Under the pieces are notes generated by a model. The model ran no database searches, was not told the origin of the DNA, and saw only the letters and a program-made list of their open reading frames with translations. A stretch of DNA of 64,000 nt from Deltaproteobacteria bacterium (GTDB lineage: Bacteria; Desulfobacterota; Deferrimicrobia; Deferrimicrobiales; Deferrimicrobiaceae), in assembly GCA_016234845.1 (NCBI GenBank), contig JACRNP010000030.1, forward strand, positions 1-64,000, read 5' to 3'. The position numbers were made by a program, and so were the translations under genes. Positions 50,727-60,552 of this stretch are shown here, one piece after another. Each line of letters opens with the position of its first letter. Position 1 is the stretch's first letter.

Positions 50727-52228
50727 CGGGTTCCCTTCCGCGCCTTCGATGCGATCGATTTTCCTTCGACCGCCAGGTTGTGCCGGTCGAGCAGTTCCCC
50801 CGTGCTCCGGTAGAACTCGGTCACCGCGACCTGGTAATCCGCCAGGGCGCCTACCAGCCCCTCCTTCGCCGCCACCAGCTGCGATTCGGCGTCCAGCAGA
50901 TCTTTCGTCGTGGCCAGCCCGAGCTTCTGCCGCTTCTCGTACGACTCGAACCGGACGCCGGCGACGGCGACCCCCTTCCGGGCCACCTCGATCTGCCGGT
51001 ACCGCGTTTCGAGGGCGCGGAGGGCCGTCCGGACCTCGAGCGCCACCGACTCCTCGACGGACCGCAGCGTCACCCGGGCCTGCCCGGCCTTCAGCCGGTT
51101 CGCCTCCAGCTCCGCCAGGGCGGATGAGTTTCCGATGGGAAAGGAGAAGTTGAGGGCGACCGACCAGTTCGGGTACTTCCCGGAAGCCATGTCCTCGAAC
51201 CCTTCTCCGTACGATTTCCCAAGCCCGGTCACGCCGACCGTTCCCGCGAGCGAGAGGGAGGGGAGCGCCAGGTTTCGGGAGACCTTCTCCGAGAACTCGC
51301 CGCTGTGGACGCCGACGCGCGCCCTGACCAGCTCCGGGCGTTTCCGGAGCGCGACGGCGATCGCCGCCTCCTCCGTCGTGTCGATCCGCTCGGCGACCGA
51401 CCCCACGACGGGAACGATCTCTCCCGGTTCCTTCCGCTGCAGGAAGACCCCGAGGCCGTCGGCCGCCTCCCGGCGCGCCCGCTCCGACGCGAGCAGGTCC
51501 GTCTCGCGCGACAGGACCCCCAGCTCGGAGTCCAGGAGCTGAAACGACGCGAGTACGCCCGCCTTCACCCGCGCCTCGTTCTCCTCGTGGATCCTCCGCG
51601 CGACGGCCAGGGACGCCCTGCGCGTCTCCAGGTTCTCCCGCGCCTTGTACAGGTCGTAGAATCGGCCGCTGGCGGCGGACGCCGTGCTCTCCGCCTTCTG
51701 CCGCCAATCCGCCAGCGAGACGTCGGCGGAGTCCTGGGCGAGCGTGATCCCCCGCTCGGTCACTTCGCGTCCCCACCCCTGGAGGACCGGCTGGGTGAAC
51801 GAGAAGGAGAGCTGGGGATTGGCGTACCTCGAGAAGGAGGTCCCCTGGTTGTCGGCGAACCAGGCGTTGTTGACGGAAACGGACGCGGTCCCGCCGGTGG
51901 GGACCAGCCTCTGGACGCCGGCGTCGAAGTCGAAGAACCGCTGCCGGTCGGCCGTCGCCGACCCGGGCGCGACCTGGGCGTCCTTTCCCCTGTGGTCCAG
52001 CAGCGCGGTCAGCCGCGTGTCGTATATGCCCCGGGCGCCCCGGATGCCCGCCTCCGCGATCGCGGGGGAAAAGGTCTGCACCTGGAGGTCCAGGTTGTTC
52101 TCCACCGCCAACCGGATGGCGTCCTCCACCGCCACCGCGACCTCGCCGGCGCGGACGTCGGAGGAAGCGAACAGCGGCAGGGAAAGTAGAAGCGCCAGCA
52201 GGGTCCGCACCGTCCTCATGGAAACCAT
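50723..52228 (-). CDS. TolC-family outer membrane efflux protein
   Basis: Signal peptide ...LLSLPLFASSDVRA; two repeated halves with helical-hairpin heptads typical of OEP. Confidence 0.85.
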   Translation of the reverse strand: MVSMRTVRTLLALLLSLPLFASSDVRAGEVAVAVEDAIRLAVENNLDLQVQTFSPAIAEAGIRGARGIYDTRLTALLDHRGKDAQVAPGSATADRQRFFDFDAGVQRLVPTGGTASVSVNNAWFADNQGTSFSRYANPQLSFSFTQPVLQGWGREVTERGITLAQDSADVSLADWRQKAESTASAASGRFYDLYKARENLETRRASLAVARRIHEENEARVKAGVLASFQLLDSELGVLSRETDLLASERARREAADGLGVFLQRKEPGEIVPVVGSVAERIDTTEEAAIAVALRKRPELVRARVGVHSGEFSEKVSRNLALPSLSLAGTVGVTGLGKSYGEGFEDMASGKYPNWSVALNFSFPIGNSSALAELEANRLKAGQARVTLRSVEESVALEVRTALRALETRYRQIEVARKGVAVAGVRFESYEKRQKLGLATTKDLLDAESQLVAAKEGLVGALADYQVAVTEFYRSTGELLDRHNLAVEGKSIASKARKGTR

Positions 52229-52299
52229 CCGTCAGGTTGATATCCGTGCATTATATAATCAGACGAAGTCCGGCACTCATTTCATACAAGGGGGTTCCG

Positions 52300-52890
52300 A
52301 TGCGCAAGCTGCTCATCGCCGCGGGAGCGTTCCTGCTCTTCTGCGGGGCGGCGTCCGGCGCGGACACCGCCCGCAAAGGGGGCAAGCCCGTGGTTACCAT
52401 GACGACGAGCCTGGGGGTCATCAAGCTGGAACTGTACCCGGAAAAGGCGCCGGTCACCGTCGCCAACTTCCTCGCGTACGCGAAGGAGGGCCACTACGAC
52501 GGCCTGATCTTCCACAGGGTCATCGGGAACTTCATGATCCAGGGCGGCGGCTTCACGCCCGACATGAAGGAGCGGGGGACGAAGCGGCCCCCGATCAAGA
52601 ACGAGGCGGACAACGGCCTTGCGAACGACCGTGGCACGATCGCGATGGCGCGGACCATGGTCGTGGATTCGGCCACCGCACAGTTCTTCATCAATACGGT
52701 GAACAACCCCCCCTTGAACCATCGTTCGAAGACCCGGGAAGGGTACGGCTACGCCGTCTTCGGGAAGGTGATCGAGGGGATGGACGTGGTCGACAAGATC
52801 CGCGCGGTCCCCACCGGCTCGGTCGGGATGTTCCAGGACGTGCCGAAGAAGCCGGTGACGATCCAGAAAGTGACGGTCGCCGAAAAGTAG
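52300..52890 (+). CDS. ppiA: Peptidyl-prolyl cis-trans isomerase (cyclophilin type), periplasmic
   Basis: Signal peptide MRKLLIAAGAFLLFCGAASGA; ...FHRVIGNFMIQGGGF...TIAMAR...SQFFIN. Confidence 0.9.
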   Translation: MRKLLIAAGAFLLFCGAASGADTARKGGKPVVTMTTSLGVIKLELYPEKAPVTVANFLAYAKEGHYDGLIFHRVIGNFMIQGGGFTPDMKERGTKRPPIKNEADNGLANDRGTIAMARTMVVDSATAQFFINTVNNPPLNHRSKTREGYGYAVFGKVIEGMDVVDKIRAVPTGSVGMFQDVPKKPVTIQKVTVAEK

Positions 52891-52896
52891 GCCGGG

Positions 52897-52925
52897 GCCG
52901 CCCCCGGTTCACCGCCGGGGGCGGC
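52897..52925. terminator. GC-rich perfect hairpin between convergent ppiA and uspA (putative bidirectional terminator)
   Basis: GCCGCCCCCGG-ttcaccg-CCGGGGGCGGC (11-bp stem); only a weak T-run on the uspA side. Confidence 0.45.
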
Positions 52926-52931
52926 ATCGAC

Positions 52932-53417
52932 TCACGGTACGTTCAGGTACCATTCGTCGCCGCGGTGCTCCGGGACGGCGGACCGCTCGGGCTTGACCAG
53001 CATCAACGTCCGCCGCGAGGCGTGCAGCACGCTCTCCGCAACGCTCCCCATGACCAGCCGTGAGATGCCGCTCCTGCCGTGGGTGCTCATCACGATCAGG
53101 TCGGCGTCCTCCATCTCGGCCGTGTGGAGGATCGCGTCGGCGGGGGGACGGTCGTCCACACGGATCCGCACGGCGATCCCCGCCTTTCGGAGGGGAGAGG
53201 CGGTCCGCTCGAGGTACTCCGAAGCGCTCCGCATCGCCTCCTGCAGGATCCTTGCGTCCGCCACGAGGACCGCTTCGGGGACGACCGGCATCGGCATGCC
53301 GACGGCCTGCAGGAGGAGGATCTCGGCGCCGGAAGCCCGGGCGATCTCCTCGGCGTGGGGGACGGCCCGCTCCGCGAGGGCGGAGCCGTCCAGCGGAACA
53401 AGCACCTTCCTGTACAT
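52932..53417 (-). CDS. uspA: Universal stress protein (UspA family)
   Basis: MYRKVLVPLDGS...VMSTHGRSG...; GGGGGA RBS before ATG 53417 (ORF-track start 53468 less likely). Confidence 0.85.
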   Translation of the reverse strand: MYRKVLVPLDGSALAERAVPHAEEIARASGAEILLLQAVGMPMPVVPEAVLVADARILQEAMRSASEYLERTASPLRKAGIAVRIRVDDRPPADAILHTAEMEDADLIVMSTHGRSGISRLVMGSVAESVLHASRRTLMLVKPERSAVPEHRGDEWYLNVP

Positions 53418-53497
53418 GGCGGTATCCCCCTTTCCGGTTGGAGAAGATCCGGGTTGACGGGACGACACCCCTGTTTGGGTACAGTATACTTCCGGGC

Positions 53498-54403
53498 ATG
53501 CGGAGAGACCAGATCTTCCGGGTGGAGGGGGAGGAGTCGGGGAGGCGTCTCGACCGGGTCCTGCGGGACCGCTTCCCCGGATTGCCGGCGCGGAGCCTGC
53601 GGTTCGCCTTCGACGCCGGGGCGATCCGGGTGGGAGGGATTCCCGCCCCGAAGGGCCGCCCGCTCCGGGAGGGAGAGGTGGTGTCCGCGGACGCCCTCGC
53701 GGAACCGGAGGACTGGCTGCCCGTCCCGTGCGACCTGCCCGGCGCTTCGGTCGCCTACGAGGACGCGGAGGTCGCCGTCCTGTGCAAGCCTCCGGACGTC
53801 CACACGGAGCCGCAGCGGCCGAACGAATCCGGGACCCTCGCCGGGTTCCTGCTCCGGCGGTTCCCCGGGGTGGCCGGAATCTCGCCGGAGCCCGGTCTGA
53901 CGCTCCTCACGCGGCTGGATTACGCGACCAGCGGTGCGGTCCCCGCCGCTCTGACCGAAGCCTCGCTGGATTTCCTGCGTCGCGAGCGGGAGAAGGGGCG
54001 GGTCGTCAAGGGATACCTGTGCATGGTCCGGGGAGAGGTCGCCGCACCGATGTCGATTCCGTGGGAGATCCGCGCGGAAGGGGGGGAAGCTGTCCGGGTG
54101 CTTCGCGGCCGTGACGATCCCGACCCGCACCGGTGGACCGCGATCGCACCGATACGGACCGGGAACGGGTGGACGCTGCTTCGGGCGACGATTTCCCGCG
54201 GGAAACGGCACCAGATCCGTGCCCATCTGGCCGCCGCGGGATACCCGATCGTGGGAGACCGGCGGTACTCCGCCGTCCCGGCGTCCGGTCCGGGGAAGAG
54301 CCGCCTGATGCTGCACGCGTGGGAGGTGTCGTTCCGGCATCCGGCAACGGGGGAGACGCTGCGGGTGTCATGCCCCGCTCCCGAGGAGTTCGGGGCTACC
54401 TGA
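53498..54403 (+). CDS. RluA-family pseudouridine synthase
   Basis: ...RLDYATSGAV... catalytic Asp motif and ...GKRHQIRAHL... motif. Confidence 0.82.
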   Translation: MRRDQIFRVEGEESGRRLDRVLRDRFPGLPARSLRFAFDAGAIRVGGIPAPKGRPLREGEVVSADALAEPEDWLPVPCDLPGASVAYEDAEVAVLCKPPDVHTEPQRPNESGTLAGFLLRRFPGVAGISPEPGLTLLTRLDYATSGAVPAALTEASLDFLRREREKGRVVKGYLCMVRGEVAAPMSIPWEIRAEGGEAVRVLRGRDDPDPHRWTAIAPIRTGNGWTLLRATISRGKRHQIRAHLAAAGYPIVGDRRYSAVPASGPGKSRLMLHAWEVSFRHPATGETLRVSCPAPEEFGAT

Positions 54404-54914
54404 CGGAAGGTGCGCCGGATTCAAGCTCCCGGAGCCGCTCGCGGTCGCCCGGAAGCTCTTCGCTGTATTTCTTGTACAACTCGAGGTCTTCCTGTGAAAC
54501 GAACCGGTTTCCCAGGGGATTCAGTATCTGGGACCGCTTGTTGTCGACCTTTTCGAGGAACCGTTCCTTCGCATCGATCTTGGCCCGTAGAGATTCCGCC
54601 TGCCGGGACGGGTCGTCCCCGACCGGCAGGGTGACCCGGTCTCCCAGAGAGGTGTCGTTCGAAGGGGCGGATGCGCCGTTGACCCCGCCGGGAGAAGGGA
54701 GCGTTGGGCTTCCGACGGTGGACAGGGACGGTTTTCCCGGGATCGGCGGCTCCTTGAGGATCGGCTGTATCTTTCCGCGGAGATGCTCCGGTATCGCGGA
54801 CGGGTTGTCGGTGAAGTGGATGACCCCTCGCTCGTCCTCCCACCGGTAGATGTCGGCATCCGCCGGGGCCGCGCAAGGGAACAGCGCCACGGCCGCCAAC
54901 GCGGCGAGCGACAT
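54396..54914 (-). CDS. DUF4124-domain secreted protein
   Basis: Signal peptide MSLAALAAVALFPCAAPADA then IYRWEDERGVIHFTDNP (DUF4124 signature); C-terminal coiled-coil. Confidence 0.7.
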   Translation of the reverse strand: MSLAALAAVALFPCAAPADADIYRWEDERGVIHFTDNPSAIPEHLRGKIQPILKEPPIPGKPSLSTVGSPTLPSPGGVNGASAPSNDTSLGDRVTLPVGDDPSRQAESLRAKIDAKERFLEKVDNKRSQILNPLGNRFVSQEDLELYKKYSEELPGDRERLRELESGAPSVR

Positions 54915-54973
54915 CGTCAGGTACCGTCCCCGGTTCGTCGTTCCGGACCGATCGGCCATGCTTTGATAGTACA

Positions 54974-55183
54974 ATGAAGCGATCCGCGCTGGCAATGAAA
55001 GGGGTCCCGTTGGGCAAGGCCGCCGTACTCCTGTTCCTGGCCGCGTTCTCGTGGCCGTTCCTGGGCGTGATCGACGCTCCCGCGACGATCCTCGGGATCC
55101 CGTCGTTTCTCGCGGGAATATTCCTGTTCTGGGCCGTCCTCGTCTACGCGCTCTTCACGGCGAGCCGCCGGACGGACGGGTAG
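54974..55183 (+). CDS. Small 2-TM membrane protein preceding an SSS-domain gene (DUF3311/YjcH-like accessory)
   Basis: 69 aa, two hydrophobic helices; immediately upstream of the SSS-domain kinase, as small accessory proteins often are for SSS transporters. Confidence 0.55.
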   Translation: MKRSALAMKGVPLGKAAVLLFLAAFSWPFLGVIDAPATILGIPSFLAGIFLFWAVLVYALFTASRRTDG

Positions 55184-55198
55184 GGAGGCGGGGCGCCG

Positions 55199-58100
55199 TT
55201 GCCGGGGACGCTGTTCCAGGGGGGATTCGTCCTCGCGGTGCTGACCGGGTACCTGCTGCTCCTCTTCGGGATCGGGTACCTCGGCGAGCGGAAATTCGAC
55301 GCGATCCGCGCGCGCGGACTCGACCGGTACGTCTACGTGTTCGCGGCGGGAGTCTACTGCACCTCCTGGACCTTCTACGGATGCATCGGCAACGCGGCGC
55401 AGAACGGCCCGTCGTTCCTCGCCCTCTTCATCGGACCCTCGGTCTTCGCCCTGACCTGGTGGACGGTCCTCCGCAAGCTCGTGCGGTTCTGCCGGGCCCA
55501 CAACGTCACATCCGTTCCCGACCTCCTGAGCGTCCGGTACGGCGGGACCCCGTGGCTGGGGGCGTTGGCGACCCTCTTCCTCGTCCTGGGAAGCGTTCCG
55601 TACATCTCCCTTCAGCTGCGCGCCGTCGGGCTCACGTACGACGCCATCTCGGGCGGCGGGGGCTTCGCGGCCGCGATCGACCCGATGCTCGTCGTCGCGC
55701 TGTTCCTGGGCGCCTTCGCGCTCTTCTTCGGGGGGCGGTACCTGGACTTCACCCGTCCCCAGGGGGGAGTCCTGACCGCCGTCGCGACGGAATCGGTGGT
55801 CAAGCTCGTCATCCTGGTGGCCGCCGGAGTCTTCGTCTGCTACGGGCTGTTCGACGGAATCGGGGACGTCTACGCCCGCTTCCGGTCCCACCCGGAGTGG
55901 GGGAAGCTCACCGGCCTCTCGGGCGCCCCGGGCAACGGGTTCGCCCGCTGGACCGCGTACTTCGTCATCGCCGTGATCGATGTCCTTCTGCTCCCGCGCC
56001 AGTTCCACGTCTTCGTCGTCCAGAACGGGGACGAATCGCACATCCGGACCGCGATGTGGATGTTCCCGCTCTATCTCCTCCTCATCAACCTGTTCGTGAT
56101 CCCGATCGCGTTCGGCGGACTTCTGCTGGGGCTGCCGGCCTCGGCGGGAGACAACTTCATCCTCGCCATTCCGATGCTGTCCGGGCAGAAGGGATTGAGC
56201 CTCCTCATCTTCATCGGAGGCTTCTCCGCCGCCACCGCGATGGTGCTGGTCTCCTCCGTCGCGCTCGGCAAGATGGTGGCGAACAACCTGGTCATCCCCG
56301 GAATCCTCCGGGCCCGGAGGGGGTTTCACGCATACGGGTACCTGCTGGCGGCCACGCGGGCGTCGATCCTGGCGGTCATCGGGCTGGGGTACGTGTACGC
56401 GCGCTGGATGTCCGGGAACGCCGCGCTCATGGAGATCGGCGTGATCTCGTTCGTGGCGGTGGCGCAGTTCGGGCCGCCGGTCTTCGGCGGCATGTACTGG
56501 AAGGGGGGGACCGCCGGAGGCGCGGTCCTGGGGCTGTGCGCCGGCTTCACCGCCTGGTTCTACACCCTGATCCTGCCGGCGGCGGCCAAGGCCGGGTTTC
56601 TCGATCCCTCCTTCGTGGCGAACGGGCCGTTCGGGATCGCCCTTCTGCGCCCCGCGGACCTCCTCTCCGCCGGGATCGGCGATCCGGTGGGCAACGCCGT
56701 TTTCTGGTCCCTCTTCCTGAACGTCCTCGGGTACGCCGCGGGGTCGCACCTGTTCGCCGCGGCGGGCGCCGCCGTCCCCGGAGTCCACCCCGGCGGCGCG
56801 GAGGTCCCCGTCCCCGGGTCCCCCCCCGGGAGGGGCGCGCATTATCCGTCCCTCGAGGACATCGAGGCGGTGATGACACGGTACGCAGGACACGAGAAGG
56901 AGAAGGAGGTCGGGGAGGTCGTCCGCGAGATCCGCGAGATCAAGAGCCGCGGCCAGACCCGCGAGGCGGTGATCCGGCAGATGGAGCTCCCGGCGCGCCT
57001 CGAGAGGATCCTCACCGGCTCCATCGGCGTCCTTTCCGCCCGGAGCGTCCTGCGCGACATGCTGCCGCTGACGCTGGCGGACGCCCGGACGCTGGTCGAG
57101 TCGTTCCGGGAGATGGAGAAGGATCTGGCGTCCACCCGGGAGGCGGTGTCCCACAAGGAGGAGCAGATCCGCGCGCGGGAGCGGCTGCTGGCGAGCGTGG
57201 TCCACAGCATCGACGACGGGATCGTCGCGTTCGACGCGGGGGGGAGGATCACCGCCGTGAACGAAGGCGGGTGCCGCCTCTTCGGGCGGCCGGAACGGGC
57301 GATGATCGGGGAGGGGTTCCAGCTCCTCATCCGGGACACGCCGTACCGGGAGAAGCAGCGGATCATCGCCCGCTCCACCTACCGCCACGGCCGGTGGCGG
57401 GGAGAGGTGGATTTCGTCCGCGGGGACGGCACGCAGACGGCGGGGCTGGTCTCCACGGCGCGGATCAACGACGAGCGCGGCCGCGCGGCGGGATTCGTCG
57501 CTTCGTTCAAGGACCTCTCGGAGATCAAGGCGATGCAGAACAAGATGATCCAGAGCGAAAAACTCGCCTCGCTGGGGCAGATGGCGGCGGGGGTGGCGCA
57601 CGAGATCCGCACCCCGCTGGGGTCGATCAAGATGAGCACGCGCCTCCTTCGGGAGGAGGCGGCGGGTTCCGAGGCCTCCGAGATGCTCGGGACGATCCGG
57701 GACGCCGTCGCGTCGATGGAGGTGATCGTCAACGAGCTGCTCGACTACACCCGGGACATCGCCCTGCAGCTCGACGACTACGACCTGGTCTCGATCGCCC
57801 GATCGTCGGTCTTCGGCCTGGAGGACGAGTGGCGCCGCCGGGGCGTCTCGGTCGGCGTGGAGTCCGGGGAAGGCCCTGTGAGCGCGATCGTGGACGGCGT
57901 GCGGATCAAGCAGGTGCTGACGAACATCGTGAAGAACGCGGTGGAGGCGGCCCCGGACGTCCGGGGCCGGGTCACCGTCCGGCTCGCGGGGGGCAACGGG
58001 GCCGTACGCATCACGGTCGAGGACAACGGCCCGGGGATGACGCCGGAGGAGCTGGGGAACGTCTTCCAGCCGTTCTACACCAACAAGGCGCAGGGGACGG

Positions 58101-58240
58101 GGCTCGGGATGTCGATCGTGAAGCGGCTGGTGGAGCTCCACGGCGGGGAGGTGCGGATCGATTCGGCCGCCGGGCGGGGCACGACCGTTTCGGTGGACCT
58201 GCCGGGCACCCCCTTCGCCGGGACGGGGAGGGCGCAATGA
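55199..58240 (+). CDS. CbrA-like hybrid sensor: sodium:solute symporter (SSS) domain - STAC - PAS - HisKA - HATPase_c histidine kinase
   Basis: 1013 aa: ~13 TM SSS permease (res 1-~480), STAC-like helical linker, PAS, H-box AHEIRTPLGSIKMS, N/G boxes ...GTGLGMSIVKRLVELHGGEV. Confidence 0.85.
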   Translation: MPGTLFQGGFVLAVLTGYLLLLFGIGYLGERKFDAIRARGLDRYVYVFAAGVYCTSWTFYGCIGNAAQNGPSFLALFIGPSVFALTWWTVLRKLVRFCRAHNVTSVPDLLSVRYGGTPWLGALATLFLVLGSVPYISLQLRAVGLTYDAISGGGGFAAAIDPMLVVALFLGAFALFFGGRYLDFTRPQGGVLTAVATESVVKLVILVAAGVFVCYGLFDGIGDVYARFRSHPEWGKLTGLSGAPGNGFARWTAYFVIAVIDVLLLPRQFHVFVVQNGDESHIRTAMWMFPLYLLLINLFVIPIAFGGLLLGLPASAGDNFILAIPMLSGQKGLSLLIFIGGFSAATAMVLVSSVALGKMVANNLVIPGILRARRGFHAYGYLLAATRASILAVIGLGYVYARWMSGNAALMEIGVISFVAVAQFGPPVFGGMYWKGGTAGGAVLGLCAGFTAWFYTLILPAAAKAGFLDPSFVANGPFGIALLRPADLLSAGIGDPVGNAVFWSLFLNVLGYAAGSHLFAAAGAAVPGVHPGGAEVPVPGSPPGRGAHYPSLEDIEAVMTRYAGHEKEKEVGEVVREIREIKSRGQTREAVIRQMELPARLERILTGSIGVLSARSVLRDMLPLTLADARTLVESFREMEKDLASTREAVSHKEEQIRARERLLASVVHSIDDGIVAFDAGGRITAVNEGGCRLFGRPERAMIGEGFQLLIRDTPYREKQRIIARSTYRHGRWRGEVDFVRGDGTQTAGLVSTARINDERGRAAGFVASFKDLSEIKAMQNKMIQSEKLASLGQMAAGVAHEIRTPLGSIKMSTRLLREEAAGSEASEMLGTIRDAVASMEVIVNELLDYTRDIALQLDDYDLVSIARSSVFGLEDEWRRRGVSVGVESGEGPVSAIVDGVRIKQVLTNIVKNAVEAAPDVRGRVTVRLAGGNGAVRITVEDNGPGMTPEELGNVFQPFYTNKAQGTGLGMSIVKRLVELHGGEVRIDSAAGRGTTVSVDLPGTPFAGTGRAQ

Positions 58241-59625
58241 AGCGGAAGATCCTGCTGGTGGACGACGAGGAGATCTTCCTGCGCCCGCTGGCGCGCACCA
58301 TCACCTCCTCCGGGTACCTCGTGGAAACGGCGGGAAACGCGGCAGAGGCGAAGGAGAAGCTGAAGAAGGGAGAATTCGACCTGGTGATCAGCGACGTCCG
58401 CATGCCGGGGACCGACGGCATCGCCTTCACCCGGTCGATCCGCGAGGAGTTCGGCGACCTGCCGGTGATCCTCATGACCGCGTACGGGAGCATCCGGACC
58501 GCCGTGGACGCGATGAAGGCGGGCGCGCACGACTACCTGCTGAAGCCGTTCGAGCCGGACGAGATCCTGCTTCACGTGCGCCGCACGCTGGAGATCCAGG
58601 ACCTGCGGACGGCGGACCGGTTCCGCACCGCCCGGAACCAGGAGACGTTCGACCTGCGGAAGACGCTGGTGTGGGAGAGCCCCGCGATGAGCCGTCTCCA
58701 GCGGGACATGGCCGACGTCCTGCCGCTCGACACCACGGTGCTCCTGACCGGAGAGACGGGGACGGGGAAGCAGCTGATCGCGCGCGCGCTCCACTACAAC
58801 GGGCCGCGCCGCGACGGGCCGCTGATCGAGGTCAACTGCGCGGCGATCCCGGAGACCCTCTTCGAGACGGAGCTGTTCGGGCACGTCCGCGGGGCGTTCA
58901 CCGGCGCGGTGTCCGACCGGAAGGGGATGTTCCAGCTCGCCCACGGAGGGACCCTGTTCCTGGACGAGATCGGGGAGGTCCCGCTGCCGCTGCAGCCGAA
59001 GCTCCTGACCGCGATCCAGGACAGGACGTTCCTGCGCGTCGGCGGGGCGCGGCAGATCGACGTGGACGTGCGGATCATCGCGGCGACCAACAAGTCGCTC
59101 GAGGAGGAGGTGGCGGCGGGGAGGTTCCGCAACGACCTCTTCTTCCGCCTGTCCGTCTACCCGCTCAAGGTGCCGCCGCTCCGGGAGCGGGCCGAGGACA
59201 TCCCGGTGCTGGCCGACTTCTTCCTGCGGCGGTTCGCCCGGAAGTGCGGAAAGAAGATCGCGCAACTTTCCGTCGCGGATGTCGACGCCCTGCGGGCGTA
59301 CGACTGGCCGGGCAACGTCCGGGAACTGGAGAACTTCGTCGAGCGGGCGGTGATCCGGGCGTCCGGGGAGCGGGTGGATTTCGCCTCGGTGCTCTCCGGG
59401 ACTCCGAGGAAAGGCGTTTCGGAGGGAGTGCCGCTCCACCCGGAACTTCCGTTCCGCGACGCCAAGGAGAAGGTCGTCTCCGCCTTCGAAAGGGGGTACA
59501 TCCGCGAGTCGCTGCGAAAGGCGGACGGCAAGCTGACGGAGGCCGCGCGGATCGCCGGGATGGACAACAAGAACTTTTCCGAGAAGATGAAGCGGCATGG
59601 GCTGACGCTCGATAATTTTTGGTAG
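58237..59625 (+). CDS. Sigma-54-dependent NtrC-family response regulator (CbrB-like)
   Basis: Receiver (KILLVDDEE...DLVISDVRMPG...), AAA+ sigma54-interaction (GETGTGKQL, GAFTGA, ...ESELFGH.. equivalents), C-terminal Fis-type HTH; ATGA overlap with kinase. Confidence 0.92.
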   Translation: MKRKILLVDDEEIFLRPLARTITSSGYLVETAGNAAEAKEKLKKGEFDLVISDVRMPGTDGIAFTRSIREEFGDLPVILMTAYGSIRTAVDAMKAGAHDYLLKPFEPDEILLHVRRTLEIQDLRTADRFRTARNQETFDLRKTLVWESPAMSRLQRDMADVLPLDTTVLLTGETGTGKQLIARALHYNGPRRDGPLIEVNCAAIPETLFETELFGHVRGAFTGAVSDRKGMFQLAHGGTLFLDEIGEVPLPLQPKLLTAIQDRTFLRVGGARQIDVDVRIIAATNKSLEEEVAAGRFRNDLFFRLSVYPLKVPPLRERAEDIPVLADFFLRRFARKCGKKIAQLSVADVDALRAYDWPGNVRELENFVERAVIRASGERVDFASVLSGTPRKGVSEGVPLHPELPFRDAKEKVVSAFERGYIRESLRKADGKLTEAARIAGMDNKNFSEKMKRHGLTLDNFW

Positions 59626-59656
59626 TTTTACCAAACCAGCGCTTTCCTGTTTGGTA
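59619..59656. promoter_or_regulatory. Putative enhancer (UAS): TACCAAAC-N12-GTTTGGTA perfect inverted repeat plus an extra TTGGTA half-site
   Basis: tTTGGTAgtttTACCAAACcagcgctttcctGTTTGGTAtaaa; lies ~70-90 bp upstream of the -24/-12 element, overlapping the 3' end of the regulator gene. Confidence 0.55.
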
Positions 59657-59707
59657 TAAACACCCTCCCTCCGCACCTCCACCCCTTTACAAACAGCGGT
59701 TTGAAAA

Positions 59708-59722
59708 TGGCACGGGGATTGC
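59708..59722 (+). promoter_or_regulatory. Sigma-54 (-24/-12) promoter
   Basis: TGGCAC-ggggA-TTGC matches consensus TGGCAC-N5-TTGCW; 35 nt upstream of the livG-like ATG; directly downstream of a sigma54 activator gene. Confidence 0.75.
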
Positions 59723-59756
59723 GTCATTCAGACCGAATATCGTCCAGGGAGACTTT

Positions 59757-60548
59757 ATGCCGCTGCTGCGCATCGACGACGTGCACCTGTCCTTCGGCGG
59801 GGTCAAGGCGATCAACGGGGTCTCGATCAACGTGGAGAAGGGGACGATCCACGCGATCATCGGGCCCAACGGCGCCGGGAAGACCTCCGTCTTCAACTGC
59901 ATCTCTTCCGTGTACCGGCCGCAGCGCGGGGCGGTCTACTTCGAGGACCGCAAGGTCACCGGGATGAAACCCGACCACGTGACCGCCCTGGGGATCGCCC
60001 GCACCTTCCAGAACATCGCCCTGTTCCACCACATGACCGTGCTCGACAACCTGATGCTGGGCCGCCACCTGTTCCTGAAGAGGGGCGCCCTCGCCGGCGG
60101 GATCTTCCTCGGACCCGCGCGCACGGAGGAGATCGAGAACCGGAAGGTGGTCGAGGATATCGTCGACTTCCTCGAGATCGAGAACATCCGCAAGAAGCCG
60201 GTCGGGACGCTCGCGTACGGCCTTCGAAAGCGCGTCGAGCTCGGCCGCGCCCTGGCGCTCAAGCCCAAGCTCCTCCTCCTCGACGAGCCGATGGCGGGGA
60301 TGAACCTCGAGGAGAAGGAGGACATGGCCCGTTTCGTCCTCGACATCAACGAGGAGTGGGGGGTGACGACGCTCCTCATCGAGCACGACCTGGGCGTCGT
60401 GATGGACGTAAGCCACAGGGTGAGCGTGCTGGACTTCGGGGTGAAGATCGCCGAGGGGACGCCCTCGGAGGTCGCCAACGACCCGCACGTGATCAAGGCG
60501 TACATCGGGGAGGAAGACGACTTCCTGCGGGAAATGGAGGCGCGCTGA
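59757..60548 (+). CDS. Branched-chain-amino-acid-type (Liv/HAAT family) ABC transporter ATP-binding protein
   Basis: GPNGAGKTS, ...LAYGLRKRVELGRAL.., LLLLDEPMAGMN; GGGAG RBS. Confidence 0.88.
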   Translation: MPLLRIDDVHLSFGGVKAINGVSINVEKGTIHAIIGPNGAGKTSVFNCISSVYRPQRGAVYFEDRKVTGMKPDHVTALGIARTFQNIALFHHMTVLDNLMLGRHLFLKRGALAGGIFLGPARTEEIENRKVVEDIVDFLEIENIRKKPVGTLAYGLRKRVELGRALALKPKLLLLDEPMAGMNLEEKEDMARFVLDINEEWGVTTLLIEHDLGVVMDVSHRVSVLDFGVKIAEGTPSEVANDPHVIKAYIGEEDDFLREMEAR

Positions 60549-60552
60549 CCCG

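Noticed and set aside
54917-58237. 1106-aa minus-strand ORF antisense to the SSS-kinase.
   Set aside because: Low-complexity R/P/A/G-rich translation with no domain signature, fully overlapping the well-supported sensor kinase; high-GC antisense artefact.
55051-59625. 1524-aa '+' ORF in the track spanning the sensor kinase and response regulator region.
   Set aside because: It is an alternate-frame read-through whose translation is Arg/Pro/Gly low-complexity until it enters the true response-regulator frame at 58237. The kinase (55199..58240) and the regulator (58237..59625) are in different frames, each with strong domain motifs. The only real part of this ORF is the regulator.
59625-59757. 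Considered whether this 130-bp gap hides a small RNA/riboswitch or an IS remnant.
   Set aside because: Its features are fully explained as a sigma54 promoter (TGGCAC-N5-TTGC) with an upstream palindromic enhancer and an RBS. There are no terminal inverted repeats, direct repeats or transposase fragments.
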